Source of the DNA: Malacoraja senta
Lineage: Eukaryota
Assembly (NCBI GenBank): GCA_038087875.1
Contig: CM075981.1
Location: 1,240,001-1,304,000, forward strand
Length of the DNA stretch: 64,000 nucleotides
Reading direction: 5' to 3'
Shown here one piece after another: positions 13,901-25,260 of the stretch. How positions within the stretch are numbered: position 1 is the stretch's first letter; each line of letters opens with the position of its first letter. Under the pieces are notes generated by a model. It was not told the DNA's origin. It did not search any database and saw only the letters and a program-made list of their open reading frames with translations. The position numbers and the translations under genes were made by a program.

Positions 13901-15255
13901 GAAGGGTCTCGACCCGAAGTATCGCCCATTCCTTCTTTCCATAGATGCTGTAGTTCAAGACTGCTCTCTTTCTCAAACTGCCCCTCATTTACCGCACTTC
14001 ACACATTCTGAGGTCGTGAAGTGGGCCTGCTCAATGCTAGCCATTTTTTTCTTTCAGGGATGAACCAGGACTGACTTCCTATTCTCGGTACCACAGACCC
14101 ACCTACATCATTGGGGTGGCTGTCGTTCTTCCGTTGGCGCTTGTTGCTGGTCTATTTTGGTACCTGAAACGTAAAAACAGGGGTATGTTTTTGTTTTTCT
14201 TTCATAGTTTGATGATTACGTGAACATTTGCAACATAGTGGGTTTTTTTAAGTTCTAATGAATAAGAGCCGCACGTTTGAAGTGCTCTCGTCATACTATA
14301 CGAAGCAAGGATGCTTTTACGAGTTAACAACCATTTAAAAACAAGTTTTAGTATTGAAGTGTGGAACCATGCCCTGCAGCCGAAATCAGCCCACGACGAC
14401 CATCGATACCAATCGGTCCACGCTGACCATCGATCAGCTGTCCCCACTACTTCCATGCTATTCCACTTTCTCTCCCACATCCTACATAATTTCCCCACTT
14501 CCTCATAATTCGACAGCAGATTTTTGATCAGTGAGTGGAATCAGGCTGCAGCAGGGGGTCTGGTGATTATACAAGCCTGAATGCGACTCATGGGTATTTA
14601 CTGTTCCTGTCATGGTCCTTTCAACTGTTGTATTTCCAATGTTATATTTTCCAGAATTCACGTGGAGCACATATTACAGAGATGGCAGTGGAGAAAACCA
14701 GGTAAAAGTGTAAAATGTTAATTCTTCAAATGTTTGAATATATTCGTAAGTTCATAAATTTTAATAGCAGTATTTGGCCGTTCGGTCCATCAAGTCTACT
14801 CCGTCATTCAATTACGGCTGATCGATCTTACCCTCTCAACCCCATTCTCCTCCCTTCGTCCCATAACCCCCGCCACCCGTACTGATCAAGCATCGATCAA
14901 CCTCTACCTTAAAAATATCCATTGACTTGATCTCCACAGACTTCTGTGGCAATGAATTCCAGATATCGACATGATTGGTTTGCAAGGGGTTATACCAGCT
15001 CCATCACCACTCGTTGCACTCTAGATTTAATCATCAACACAAAGCGACTCCCATCTTACTTCTTTGAACCCCATCAGCAAATTGTATACTGCACAAGTTA
15101 ATGTGTATTAATTACTTGCAATCAGAGTAATTATCAGTAAAGAATCGATCCATTGTTCTGTTTGATAATTGTTGCGTTAGAGTTTCGTTCTTCATAAATA
15201 ATTTGTATCTTTATTTTAGGAAATTGTAGCTCTGGAAGGGATTGACGATATTTGA
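1880..15255 (+). CDS. Gene 1: CD300/pIgR-like (MDIR-like) Ig-superfamily type I membrane receptor, L-V-C2-stalk-TM-cyt, 333 aa
   Basis: join(1880..1916,8948..9262,10937..11260,12873..12990,14058..14182,14655..14701,15220..15255) = 1002 nt. All introns are GT-AG, phases 1,1,1,2,1,0 are compatible, and there is no internal stop. Confidence 0.85.
2010..2285 (-). mobile_element. tRNA-derived SINE copy
   Basis: Reverse complement of the 257-591 element. Confidence 0.65.
2700..3060 (-). mobile_element. CR1 3' fragment
   Basis: ERIFPLVGESRTRGYSL..QRVVKLCNTLPQ. Confidence 0.75.
3528..3632. repeat. 30-bp minisatellite, about 3.3 copies (GGGCTGTCAGCTCAGTCACTCAGGCCTGGT)
   Basis: Direct reading; inside the Helitron. 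Confidence 0.85.
4060..4435. repeat. About 60-65-bp minisatellite, roughly 5-6 degenerate copies
   Basis: Recurrent AAGCCAAACAGCTGATTGCATTTTCA..CCATTGC..GCACAGGGCAGG; inside the Helitron. Confidence 0.85.
5660..6300 (-). mobile_element. CR1 3' fragment, head-to-head with the + strand CR1
   Basis: KTNTMHALISRGLEYRNRDVMLRL; QRRFTKIIPG. Confidence 0.8.
6301..8907 (+). mobile_element. 5'-truncated degenerate CR1 LINE (APE C-terminus + RT ORF2), in gene 1 intron 1
   Basis: APE motifs GDFN and SDH; RT motifs YLDFQKAFDKVPH, SGVPQGSVLGP, FTDD. Premature TGA at 8007-8009, later frameshifts, and a (TATGTATC)n tail. Confidence 0.95.
8948..9262 (+). CDS. Gene 1 Ig V-type exon (CD300/pIgR-like)
   Basis: tttcag acceptor, GTACGT donor, 315 nt, phase 1-1. 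Motifs ECHY..KYWC..QC..RVSITD..FTVTVEDL..EDNGWYSCG: canonical B-F cysteines plus the extra C-C' cysteine pair typical of CD300/pIgR/TREM. Confidence 0.93.
10937..11260 (+). CDS. Gene 1 Ig C2-type exon
   Basis: cccacag acceptor, GTAAGT donor, 324 nt; VSAPVL..VSCES.SGSLPINYTWF..YYCTAAN (FcR-like C2 pattern). Confidence 0.92.
12185..12359. other. Run of 175 N (unresolved or masked sequence)
   Basis: Direct reading. Confidence 0.99.
12452..12589. other. Run of 138 N (unresolved or masked sequence)
   Basis: Direct reading; flanked by GT-type dinucleotide repeat. Confidence 0.99.
12873..12990 (+). CDS. Gene 1 Ser/Thr-rich stalk exon (EYKYYCGRPTTESASTQSVNTETASDIPPEETIQPRSTER)
   Basis: Polypyrimidine tract plus cag acceptor, GTACAA donor; 118 nt, phase 1 to 2, exactly bridging C2 and TM frames. 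Confidence 0.8.
14058..14182 (+). CDS. Gene 1 transmembrane exon (..TYIIGVAVVLPLALVAGLFWYLKRKNR)
   Basis: ttttctttcag acceptor, GTATGT donor; ~20 hydrophobic residues followed by a KRKNR stop-transfer; phase 2 to 1. Confidence 0.88.
14655..14701 (+). CDS. Gene 1 cytoplasmic exon 1 (EFTWSTYYRDGSGENQ)
   Basis: ttttccag acceptor, GTAAAA donor, 47 nt, phase 1 to 0, open frame. Confidence 0.7.
15220..15255 (+). CDS. Gene 1 terminal cytoplasmic exon (EIVALEGIDDI*)
   Basis: ttattttag acceptor, phase 0, TGA at 15253-15255. Confidence 0.6.
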   Translation, partial: EIVALEGIDDI

Positions 15256-18200
15256 CACCTGCAAAGCCCAACGTGCCAGCTCGCCATGTGGCTAGCAATG
15301 TACATATAATTTTCTATGCAATAGTGATTTGAATGGAACTGGATGGCAGGGTACTTGGTTACTAACAGCAAAATGTCACCTACAGCCGACAAATGTCAAA
15401 CTAACCCTCCGCCCCACCACCCAACCTCCCTGCCACCAATTGCTACAGTGCAGTAGCTAATTACACATGGAATATAAGCTTCGTTGCTTCGTAAGAAAAC
15501 CCTTAAAGCAGGGCGTGCTCTTTTTATTTTCCCCTTGCTTCACTATTGCATTGACGTCCTTCTACCGTAGTCTAACCACATACTTTGTTAAGCGTGTTTT
15601 TTTCCAAGGAGTTCTTTCCAATTCCACCCCATCTTCCACTAGTAGCTCATTATTCGCAAATGTACTCAATTGTCGTTAACCTTCTTATTTTACATCTTTG
15701 AAAATCGCGAAAATCGTCATGTTTCTCATTCTAAAGGTTGCATTTGGAATCTTGCTGGGATTGGTCAAGAACAGCCCAAGTGAGAGGTGTTTGGGGAAAG
15801 GTGAGGTGTGAAACCGAGTGCTCGTTCCCAGTTACTCAGCTCTGATCAATTGCAAACGCACGAGTAGACACTCTGATATTGAAAGAGGCAATGGCTAAGG
15901 TAATGGTGGAATTACAGCTGCATGAATTTGAAGGGCTGAATGAAACATGTACGAGTATGGATAAAGATGGGATAATTGTTTATAAAGAACTCAGTAATGA
16001 CTGTAGGTATGTGACTAAATACATCATCAAATGGTGTCTTATCATACCAGAACCCAACAACTCAAGAAGGAAGTTACAAAATGAGCTCAGCATTTTGCGA
16101 CTCAGTGCGTCAGGCGACAGTTCTGAAGAAAATAGACCGGTGATGTTTCGGCTCGGAAGCCTTCTTCAGCCAGATAGTAGTTGGGGGGGGGGGAGAGAAA
16201 CCGAAAGCAAGTTTTTTGTTTTGATCGTCCCAATCAATAACCCGTGCCTACCTTCTCCCCATATCCCTTGATTCCACTAGCCCCTAGAGCTCTATCTAAC
16301 TCATATCTAACTAATATTGTGTCTATCGTTGGTATAAACCAGCATCTGCAGTTCATTTTTACTATACACGAAGAAGACCACGAGTTCAAGTGCTCAGAGA
16401 AGAACTCGCCAGGATCGAACCATGGCAAGACTCAGCAAGTGTGGGTGACATCTGAATCCACGAGTGTTTGCAAGTTGTGAAATAAACAAATGCAGTCATG
16501 GTTTGGAAGTTGTGAAAGAAAGCCAAAGAGTTGTGCAATTAATACAATCGTCAACCTAAATAATTAACTAATTTCGTTTGAAACTACACTTGGAAACTTG
16601 TGTTTGAACTAATCGTGATTAATAAAGTATAGACGATAGATAACGTTATTGTCGTGTGTTTTGTCATGTAATGCCTTTGCTCGACAACATATTCTCACTG
16701 AAACATATGTGTCTGAGGGCCAACATTATGGAGGTTTAAAAATCTATGAGGGGCATAGACAGGATAGATGGAATCAATTTCATTGGGCAGTCTTGAATCA
16801 GTGGGCAGATGTAAGGTCAGATAAATCTGTTTTCTACACAGAGGGTGGCAACCATCTGGAACGATCTATTAGCATTAAAGCTGTAGGAAAGATGATGTTA
16901 AGATGGAAAGAGCGCAAAGACGATTTAAGAGGATGTTGCCAGGACCAGTCAATAGACAATAGATAATAGGTGCAGGAGTAGGCCATTCGGCCATTCAAAC
17001 CAGCACCGCCATTCAACGTGATCATGGCTGATCATCCACAATCAGTACCCCGTTCCTGCCTTCTCCCCATATCCCCTGACTCCGCTATCTTCAAGAGCCC
17101 TATCTAGCTCTCTTTTGAAAGTATCCAGAGAACTGGCCTCCACCGCCCTCTGAGGCAGAAAATTCCGCAGACTCTGTGTGAAAAAACATTGAGTGCAAAG
17201 TTGAACATTGTAAGACGAGCTGTCTTTTGAATGAGTTGTTAAGTAAGGTCGTGTTTGAGCAGTTTGAATTTTGACACCAAATATCGGATTGCATTTTTTT
17301 CCTCTATCGATTCACACACGCAGTGAGGGAGTATCAAGTCTGTCCACCTTTTCTTTTATTCAATACTTTCTAATCCGGGTAGTATTCTGGTAAACAGCGT
17401 CTGCACCACCTCCAAACCCACTAATCCTCCCTGAAATGGGGTGATCAGAAATGAACTAAATTCTCCACATGTGGACTAACTAAAGTCCTACCGAGCAGTG
17501 ACATGACTTCCTCACTCATATGCTCAATGCCCCAACCAAGGAGAGCAAGCATACCGTAGGCTTTCTTTACCTCTCTATCTATTCGTGTTGGCACTTTCAG
17601 GGAGCCGTGGATAGGGAATGTTTAGAGGGACATGGGCCAAAAGTGGGCAGGTGGGACTAGTGTAGATAATGCATCTTGGTATTTATGGGCAAAGTGGGCC
17701 GATTCCCCTGTTTCCGTGCTGTATGACTCTATGACTCCCTGGACGTGGACTACTAAACGAGGGACAATAAAACAAGTAGTTTGATGCACAACCATTATAT
17801 TAATTGAGGAAGCAAAGCAATTAATCTCGCACACTCTCTTCATGCATTTAAGTCTGATTTGTACATTTTACTTGGTTCTGTGAGGCTTCAGGATAACCAA
17901 CCCAGACCTCCCACTGACCACATTATAACATTATTTAATTTTTTTTAATCCATTCAGCTAGTTGTCATAACATATCGTCAGTTACCTGGTGATATGTATG
18001 TGTGAGTATGTGTATATACACAAATACCGATTTTTTTAAATGTTATTATATTGTTTACAGTGTACTGTGTTTACACATTCTGTTGTGCTGCTGCAAGTAA
18101 GAATTGCAATGTTCTCTCTGGGACATATGACAATAAAACACCCCTGACCCTTAACTAAATAACTGTCTGAAACGTGTTACTTAAATATAAATGTCTAAAA

Positions 18201-18934
18201 TCTCAAGAGGAAGTTCACGCGACCACGCTGAGCTAGCGATCAGGATCTGGCCCGAAGGGTCTCAAATTCTCCCAGATTCCTCCACAAATGACAAGAAATA
18301 CTTGTAGATACCAAATGTCTATTCAGTGAATTTATATTGAACTATGATTGTACGGATGTTAGAGGTTATGGGGAGAAGGCAGGAGAATGGGGTTAGGAGG
18401 GAGAGATAGATCAGCCATGAAAGAATGCGGGAGTAGACTCGATGGGCCGGATGATATAATTCTACTCCTATCTCTTATTATTCTTATCATCTTATTATTG
18501 ACATTTCTGCCCATCGAAAAGCGTAAATTGGAGTCTTGGCAGGAATGGGGTTTAACAGCCTAAGTTAGAGATGCTTGGTGAAGGGTGAGATGAGGAACAG
18601 AATGTTCTCAGTTACTTATAACACAACTGAGGAAGAAGACAAAAGGAAGCAGCCAGATTGTGAAATCACCGTGAATCAGCTGATGAAGTCTGATTCGGAG
18701 GATATGAACTTCCCCCTTTAACATTTTACTAAAAAAAAAATCAGTTGGTTTGGAGATACAATGTGTCAATAGTCCCTCCGGGCCATCCAGACCACTCCGG
18801 ACCTCAACTACCTGTGCACAAGTTCCATTTTACATGCCAGGGACAATTTACAAGAAACAATTAACCTGGAAATCTCCAAGTCCTTGGAATGGGGGCAACA
18901 CCCGGAGAAAACCCACCCTGAACAAATATGGGCT

Positions 18935-19380
18935 CCACCCTTGGCGATCGCTTCGCTCAACACCTCCGCTCAACACCTCCGCTCAGTTCGCAATAACCAA
19001 CCAGATGTCCCGGTGGCTCAGCATTTCATCTCCCCCTCCCATTCCGAATCCGACCTTTCTGTCCTGGGCCTCTTCCATGGCCAGAGTGAGGCTCACTGCA
19101 AATTGGAGGAGCAGCACCTCATGTTTCGCTTGGGTAGATTATACTCCAGCGGTATGAACATTGACTTCTCCAATTTCAGGTAGTCCTTGCTTTCTCCCTC
19201 CTTCCCCTCCCCTTCCCAGCTCTCCCACAGCCTACTGTCTCCCCGTCTTCCTTTCCTTCCCCCCCCCACACACCCCTCCCACCCCCACATCAGTCTAAAG
19301 AGGGGTCTCGACCGTAAATGTCACATTCGCTCCATAGATGCTGCGGCACCCGCTGAGTTTCTCCAGCATTTTTGTCTACC
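18935..19380 (+). mobile_element. Penelope-like element 3' fragment (GIY-YIG C-terminus + terminal repeat)
   Basis: QHLRSVRNNQPDVPVAQHF..KLEEQHLMFRLG..GMNIDFSNFR. Confidence 0.8.
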
Positions 19381-20714
19381 CATTAACAACTCATCATTTT
19401 ACTGCTTTCCAGCTTACTGAAAACATGCGAGAAATAACATCTAAAAATATGTTTTGTAAATTATGATAATTCCTCTTATTTAAACTCCATCTCATGAAAA
19501 GTTTATGCCTCAGTTTCTCGTGAGTACATGTTGGTCTACAGCACTATCAAAATAAGTCAACTGTTGAGGAATAAAACGAATACTGCCTTTAAAATGGTTA
19601 GCTGCCCGAAGCAGCCAACATCTCATTTGGGGCCAAAAAGGTTCAATACTTGGTCCATTGCTTTATGCCACACCCTTAATAATTTAGACCTTAGAGATAC
19701 AGCACAGACGCAGACCCATCGGCCCACGGAGTTCGCGCCGACGAGCGATTCCCGTACACTAGAACTATCCTACATACGAGGGACAATTTACAATTGATCG
19801 ATTAACCTACAAAACCTGCACGTCTTTTGGAGTGTGGGACGAAACCGGAGCACCCGGAAAAAAATCAACACGGTCACAAGGAGAACGTACAACCTTCGTT
19901 TAGACAGCACTCGTGGTCAGGATCGAATCCGAGTCTCTGGCACTGTACAGGCAGCAACTCTACCGCCGCGCCTCTGTGCCGCTTCGAACGTGCATTAGGG
20001 GCGCGACAAAGACCTCTGCCGTTAAGGCAATGATTGGGTGAAAGGTTACAGGAGAGGAGGAATGGCCTAGACCTCAGAGGGGATGTAGATCGTCAGGACT
20101 ATGAGGCAAGAAATACACCGGAAGTGTGCGCATCAAACACGTTTCTACTCTTCTAAATGTAAACTTTTATTTACACGCCGAAGTGCACAACCCGAAACGT
20201 CACCTGTCGATTTTCTCCAGAGATGCTGCCTGCCCGCTGCGATACTCCAGCATTTTTATTTCTATCATTATTTATTAATTGTTCAATATTAATAGACTCT
20301 GAGCACAGATATAACTGCCGCTCCATCCTTACAGATATATCATACTTGCCGAAGTAATTCAGGCAGGTGCAATAACAACATTTAACGGGCCTTGGACAGG
20401 AAAAGTTTGGGGAGATATGTGTCAAACGTGGGCAAATTTGATTAACTCATGAGCATTTTGGTCTAACGCGTTGGGAAGAAGGGCTTGTTACCGTGCTGTA
20501 AGACTCTCTGATCATCTGACCCAACCATTTGTTAAATAAAACCCAGAGTCTTTCACATGACAACGTGTCGAGCTGCTGCAGGCTCGCTGTGGTTCACGAT
20601 CTGACTTTCTGTTCCCATCTTCGTTATTGCTATTAGAGAGACGCGTTTGTATCTGGGAGCTCAGAGCTGACCGACAGGCAGACAAGTGCTGGCCTTGTCA
20701 CTGTGGATAAAACA

Positions 20715-20751
20715 ATGTGGATTCCAATTCTTCTCATCTCCTCGCTGCCGG
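20715..20751 (+). CDS. Gene 2 leader exon MWIPILLISSLP(G)
   Basis: CCG G|GTGAGT; the upstream ATG of genes 3/4 (MDKT) is GTG here. Confidence 0.85.
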
Positions 20752-21365
20752 GTGAGTGAAGGTCAGATCTAGATATTCCAATAATCAATGTGAGTTGGGG
20801 TCCCGTGTACTGTTTCCACAGCAGAAATGGTTACGTATGTGTAGGCATGTAATGGGGACAATGGAACGCAATGCGTTGTGGTGTCGGCGTGTCATATATT
20901 TTAACAGGATTTTCTTTTATCCATCAAGCCTTTCATTCAGAAAAAAATGTTGTTTCATATCTCTGAGCCGCCATAATGGATTGGCAATTTAAAGGAAGTT
21001 TACCTCACAAAGTGCGGGCAACGGAAACAATATTACTTCGTGAAAGAGTCATTTATTTCATCAGTAACTTCTCTGAAATTTGTTTTTGCCTCATGTGGCT
21101 GAACCACCAAAATGGGGTGGGAGATTGCAACCTTCACTTGGTCCACCCTGTTTCGACTATTGCAATCAACCCTACGTGCACAAACAAGATCAAATAAGAA
21201 CAGGTTGACGTACAACTTTAGGCTGTGCACGCCATACGCAAGAAGAAGACCACCAAAATGGACTGGCTATTTAAAGGAAGTTTAATGTACAAAGTGCGGG
21301 CAAAGGAATCATTCTCTTCAGTGAAAAAGTAGCATTTCTAATACTCGTCTTGTTTACAGGAAGCA

Positions 21366-21375
21366 GGAAGTGAAA
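21366..21375 (+). promoter_or_regulatory. ETS-IRF composite element (GGAAGTGAAA) in gene 2 intron 1
   Basis: Exact match to the GGAAnnGAAA consensus; motif only. Confidence 0.3.
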
Positions 21376-22626
21376 CGAATGTCGCTGATATATTTTTCTT
21401 TCAAGTTCACATTGGCTTCTGTTCTGTAAAATCCAGTCGATGTGATCCTCAGATCTTGGCACAGGTCCTCGTGGGAGCTGACTGACGGACTGACTTGCTC
21501 TGACAATTAGGAGTCATTCCCTACCCACTCTTTGCCTCTGACCGTGTAGGGTTGTCGCTTCACCCACATGGCACATTAACGATTTTGCTCCCTAATTCAA
21601 ATAGATTTAATTGTTTTGTTACTGATTTTCATCGGACGAGGATCGCTGACAAGGCCAGTATTTATTGGCCTGATCTCAGTTTATGTTTTTTTCTGGACCA
21701 TTGCAGAGAAACGGTTGGGAGCTAAGCACATCGTGGGGGCTCTGCAGTCGCTTGTAAACCAGACTGGGTAAGACTGGTAGATGGGGTTGGATAATAATGT
21801 CGCGCCCTCGTGGTCACCATTGCTGCTATAGGTTTCTCAGTCCTAGAAATATTTAATACAATGGACTCCAATTCCCAATGTATTATGGTGGGAACTGAAA
21901 TAATATCTGAATTCCTTCTCTCCAGAGATGCTGCCTGTCCCACTGGGTTGCTCCAACATTTTGTGTCTACCTTCATGTCTGAAATTCCAGACTCCAAGTT
22001 AGTCATTTAAATACTGTTGTAACATGATCAAATTGCACCCTAAGGATTATTTATAGGTATAGCAGAGCAACTAAATTTGGAGCATAAACTCCAAGACAAT
22101 TGAACCAAAGAACAGAGGTTCAGACATCACCATGAAGTTCATTCTACTCTATAAAATGTGTCTACGACTGAGGTGGAAGTCAGAATGGTGGTCTCAATGA
22201 AGATGTTGAAATATTCTCTGTATTCGTCCTACTTAAACCTGTCCCAGCCCCAGAATTCCCCGCAGTCTGAGACTGAACCATTGTCTTCGCTCCATCCACC
22301 CACCCCCAACTTATCTTCATCTCTCCAATCCGTGGTCCAGTAGTGTTGAAAGGTCCGGTGGGGAGGGGAGGGGGGAGGTCATTGGGAATAGAATCTGCCC
22401 CCGGGTCGCTCTCCAGTAAGGGACCCGCTTTATTGGAATTCGTTCTCCCTTTGTCCTCAGTCAGGGCCAAGTAAACGCAGTGGCGGCGGTGCATGCCGAA
22501 GCATGGGTCCGGCCCAGTGTCGATTAAGAGATTAATGTTGGCAGCGCATCCGGCGGCACCACCAATGAAATAACAAAGTGGGGTCTTTCTGTAGGGTGAG
22601 AGGCCGTGCACCGCCTGGGATTGTCG

Positions 22627-22721
22627 AACGGCAGTCCCTGCAACCCTGCCGCGCTCCCTCAGTACCGCACTGCGACCCCAGCCCAGTTTCTGCTGAGGGA
22701 TCTGGAATGGGAAGTGAACCC
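22627..22721 (-). mobile_element. Diverged Deu-domain SINE relic upstream of V exon (also 41464-41559, 51980-52075)
   Basis: Reverse complement resembles the AmnSINE1/SacSINE1 central domain as I recall it (..CCCACTCCAG..GCAGTaCtGAGGGAGtGCtGCA..); not database-checked. Confidence 0.45.
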
Positions 22722-22928
22722 AAATTGTACTGACACGGGTACAGAACACTGACACAACTAGTACAATAACAGCACTGCCTGCACTTCAGACCGGAGACAT
22801 TGGTCGAGAAGCAATATGACACATCATGGAACGATTTAACTTTTCTTTCATGTAAGCTTCAAAATGTATCTATTTCCATTAAACAGTTCATTTGCTCTCC
22901 ATCTGAAAGTTTCTCCCCTCAGTTTCAG

Positions 22929-23243
22929 ATGCGGTTTGGGGAGAGAGGGAGGTAAGAGCTGTTGTGGGAAGAGCGATCACAATCGATTGTCACTATGCAG
23001 CAGAGTACCGCTCACACACAAAATACTGGTGCCGCATGCGGAGTCACCAATGTACAGATATGGTGGCAACAAATGGGGAACACGGACGGAGTGGAACAGT
23101 GTCCATCACAGATAACCCGGCACGAGGAATGATTACTGTGACTATGGAGGATTTTCACGTTGAAGATACAGGGAGGTACAGCTGTGGAATTACACCATTT
23201 GCCGACCATCCAGTATTTTTCTTACATCTCCAAGTATCTGATG
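22929..23243 (+). CDS. Gene 2 V-type exon
   Basis: 315 nt, AG/GT intact, DCHY..KYWC..QC..EDTGRYSCG, open frame. Confidence 0.9.
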
Positions 23244-25260
23244 GTACGTTTCCCAGCGATTGACTTGACGTCTCCACTAAAATAAATGCCTGATCCATGT
23301 TTTCTCCGGGAAGGGTCAGGGCACCACCGATATCCCGAGGCTCCGCAGGAGTGTAGAGACCTCCGGGGAGCGGGCGTGGGTTGGGAACCCCCACTCACGT
23401 TGCTCTCACACAGTCCGGGCTATGTCCCACTTAGCGGCCACCCACTTCAAGCGGGATGCTCAGCGCATTTCTCTGCCTTTGAACTGTATGAAATGTCACC
23501 CTGTTAGAGGTTTGCATTCCGACTCAAACTAAGAATCCGACAGATCAGGGAGAAACAAGTGTTGCTCGCGTCTTATTACCAGGAGAATCATAAACAGGGA
23601 ATCAGTCCCCAGAACTCAACAGACTGCGTTCAGTCCTCACTGGGCAGACCAACCCGCGTCCCGCCCCCACCTCGGGGATCAGTCACTTCCTCCCCACCCC
23701 CAGCTCTGTCTTCCTCTCTCTACCCCGTCAATGCGCCCCCACCCGCCAGCAGCCACTGTTCACACACCGCCCGGCAGCCCGGCAGCCAGCCAGCCTCTCC
23801 AACCGAACGTTTCCCCCGTGGCATGCAGAATATACTCATCTTTCGCCACATCAGCCGTCGCACACAACACATAATGCACCGACATTTTCGGCACCACCAA
23901 CGGGATCCCACAACTATATCCACCGTTTCCTGCTTTCCGAATGCACATGACGTGTTTGAACGTTGGTATCGTAGAATTGAGGCTGATTTTCAGATTAAAG
24001 GAAGTTTAAAAAAAGCTGCAGATGCTGAAAATGTAAAACAAAGACAGATGGTGCTGCTGTTTACTGGTATAGTGACAGACATGGTAGTACTGGCAGCTAG
24101 GAGGATGGAGAGACGCAGAGAAGTATAAATCTGGTTTATGGATTGTAAGGAGAAGGAGCTTTCGGAACGGGTAATTTGGGTGTTACTTTGAAGTGTAACA
24201 TCTGAGTAGGTGATATTGTCTTCATCTGTACTTCACACAGAGAGTGGTGAATGTCTGGAACTCTCTGCCACAGAATGTAGTTGAGGCCAGTTCATTGGCT
24301 ATATTTAAGAGGGAGTTGGATGTGGCCCTTGTGGCTAAAGGTATCAGGGGGTATGGAGAGAAGGCAGGTACAGGATACTGAGTTGGATGATCGGCCATGA
24401 TCTTATTGAATGGCGGTGCAGGCTCGAAGGGCCAAATGGTCTACTCCTGCACCTATTTTCTATGTTTGTATGTTTCTATGTACTGGAGTGTGTCCCTGCG
24501 ATTTCCTTCGAAACTGTACTCCTGCATACACAGTTTGATTTTGATTAGACAAATGGGCAGCTTCCTGGTTGCTTTGAAGATCCGACAGTGTTGCATAAAC
24601 GATGTTCCCTTTTACTGCTGGCAATTCCTGAAATGTGCAAGAGAAACCAATATTTGTCTGATGATTTGTCTGATTTATGGCCAATTTTAACCACCATGTC
24701 ATATGAAAGATGCTGTCAAGTTGGATAGGGCACAGAGAAGAATTACAAGGATGTTGCGATGACTTGAGGGCCTGACAGGGAGGGTTTGAGCAGTCTAGGA
24801 CTTTATTATTGGAGCGCAGGAAGATGAGGGTGATCTTATGGCAGGTACAAAATCATGCGAGGATTAGATCCATTAAATGCACAGTCTTTTGCCCAGAGTA
24901 GGGGAATCGAGAACCAGAGGACATTGTTTTAAGATGATGGGGGGGTGGGGGGGGGGAGGGGGGAGTAGTTATGGCAGGTGCTATATACTATTTGGACAGG
25001 TACATGAACACGATAATTTTAAAGGTTTAAGGGCCAAACAAGTTCAGGTGGAACTATTGTAGATTGTGCGTGTTGGTCAGCGCCGGCAAGTTAGACCGAA
25101 GGGCCTGTTTCTACGCTGTATGACTCGATGATTCTATGTAGATGGATGGGTCAGATTCCAACCTGGCGGCTCTGGCTAAGATACAGAGATGGTGAATATT
25201 GGCGAGTGTTTGATTTTCAGATGTTCACTCAGTGTCTGTCTATTTGCTCCATTCCCACAT

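Noticed and set aside
14655-15255. ITIM, ITSM or ITAM in gene 1 tail
   Set aside because: STYYRD does not fit I/V/L/SxYxxL/V/I or TxYxxV/I, and there is no second YxxL
15879-16271. 130-aa ORF downstream of gene 1
   Set aside because: Mosaic of repeat fragments (Penelope tail, CR1 tail) with no domain signature
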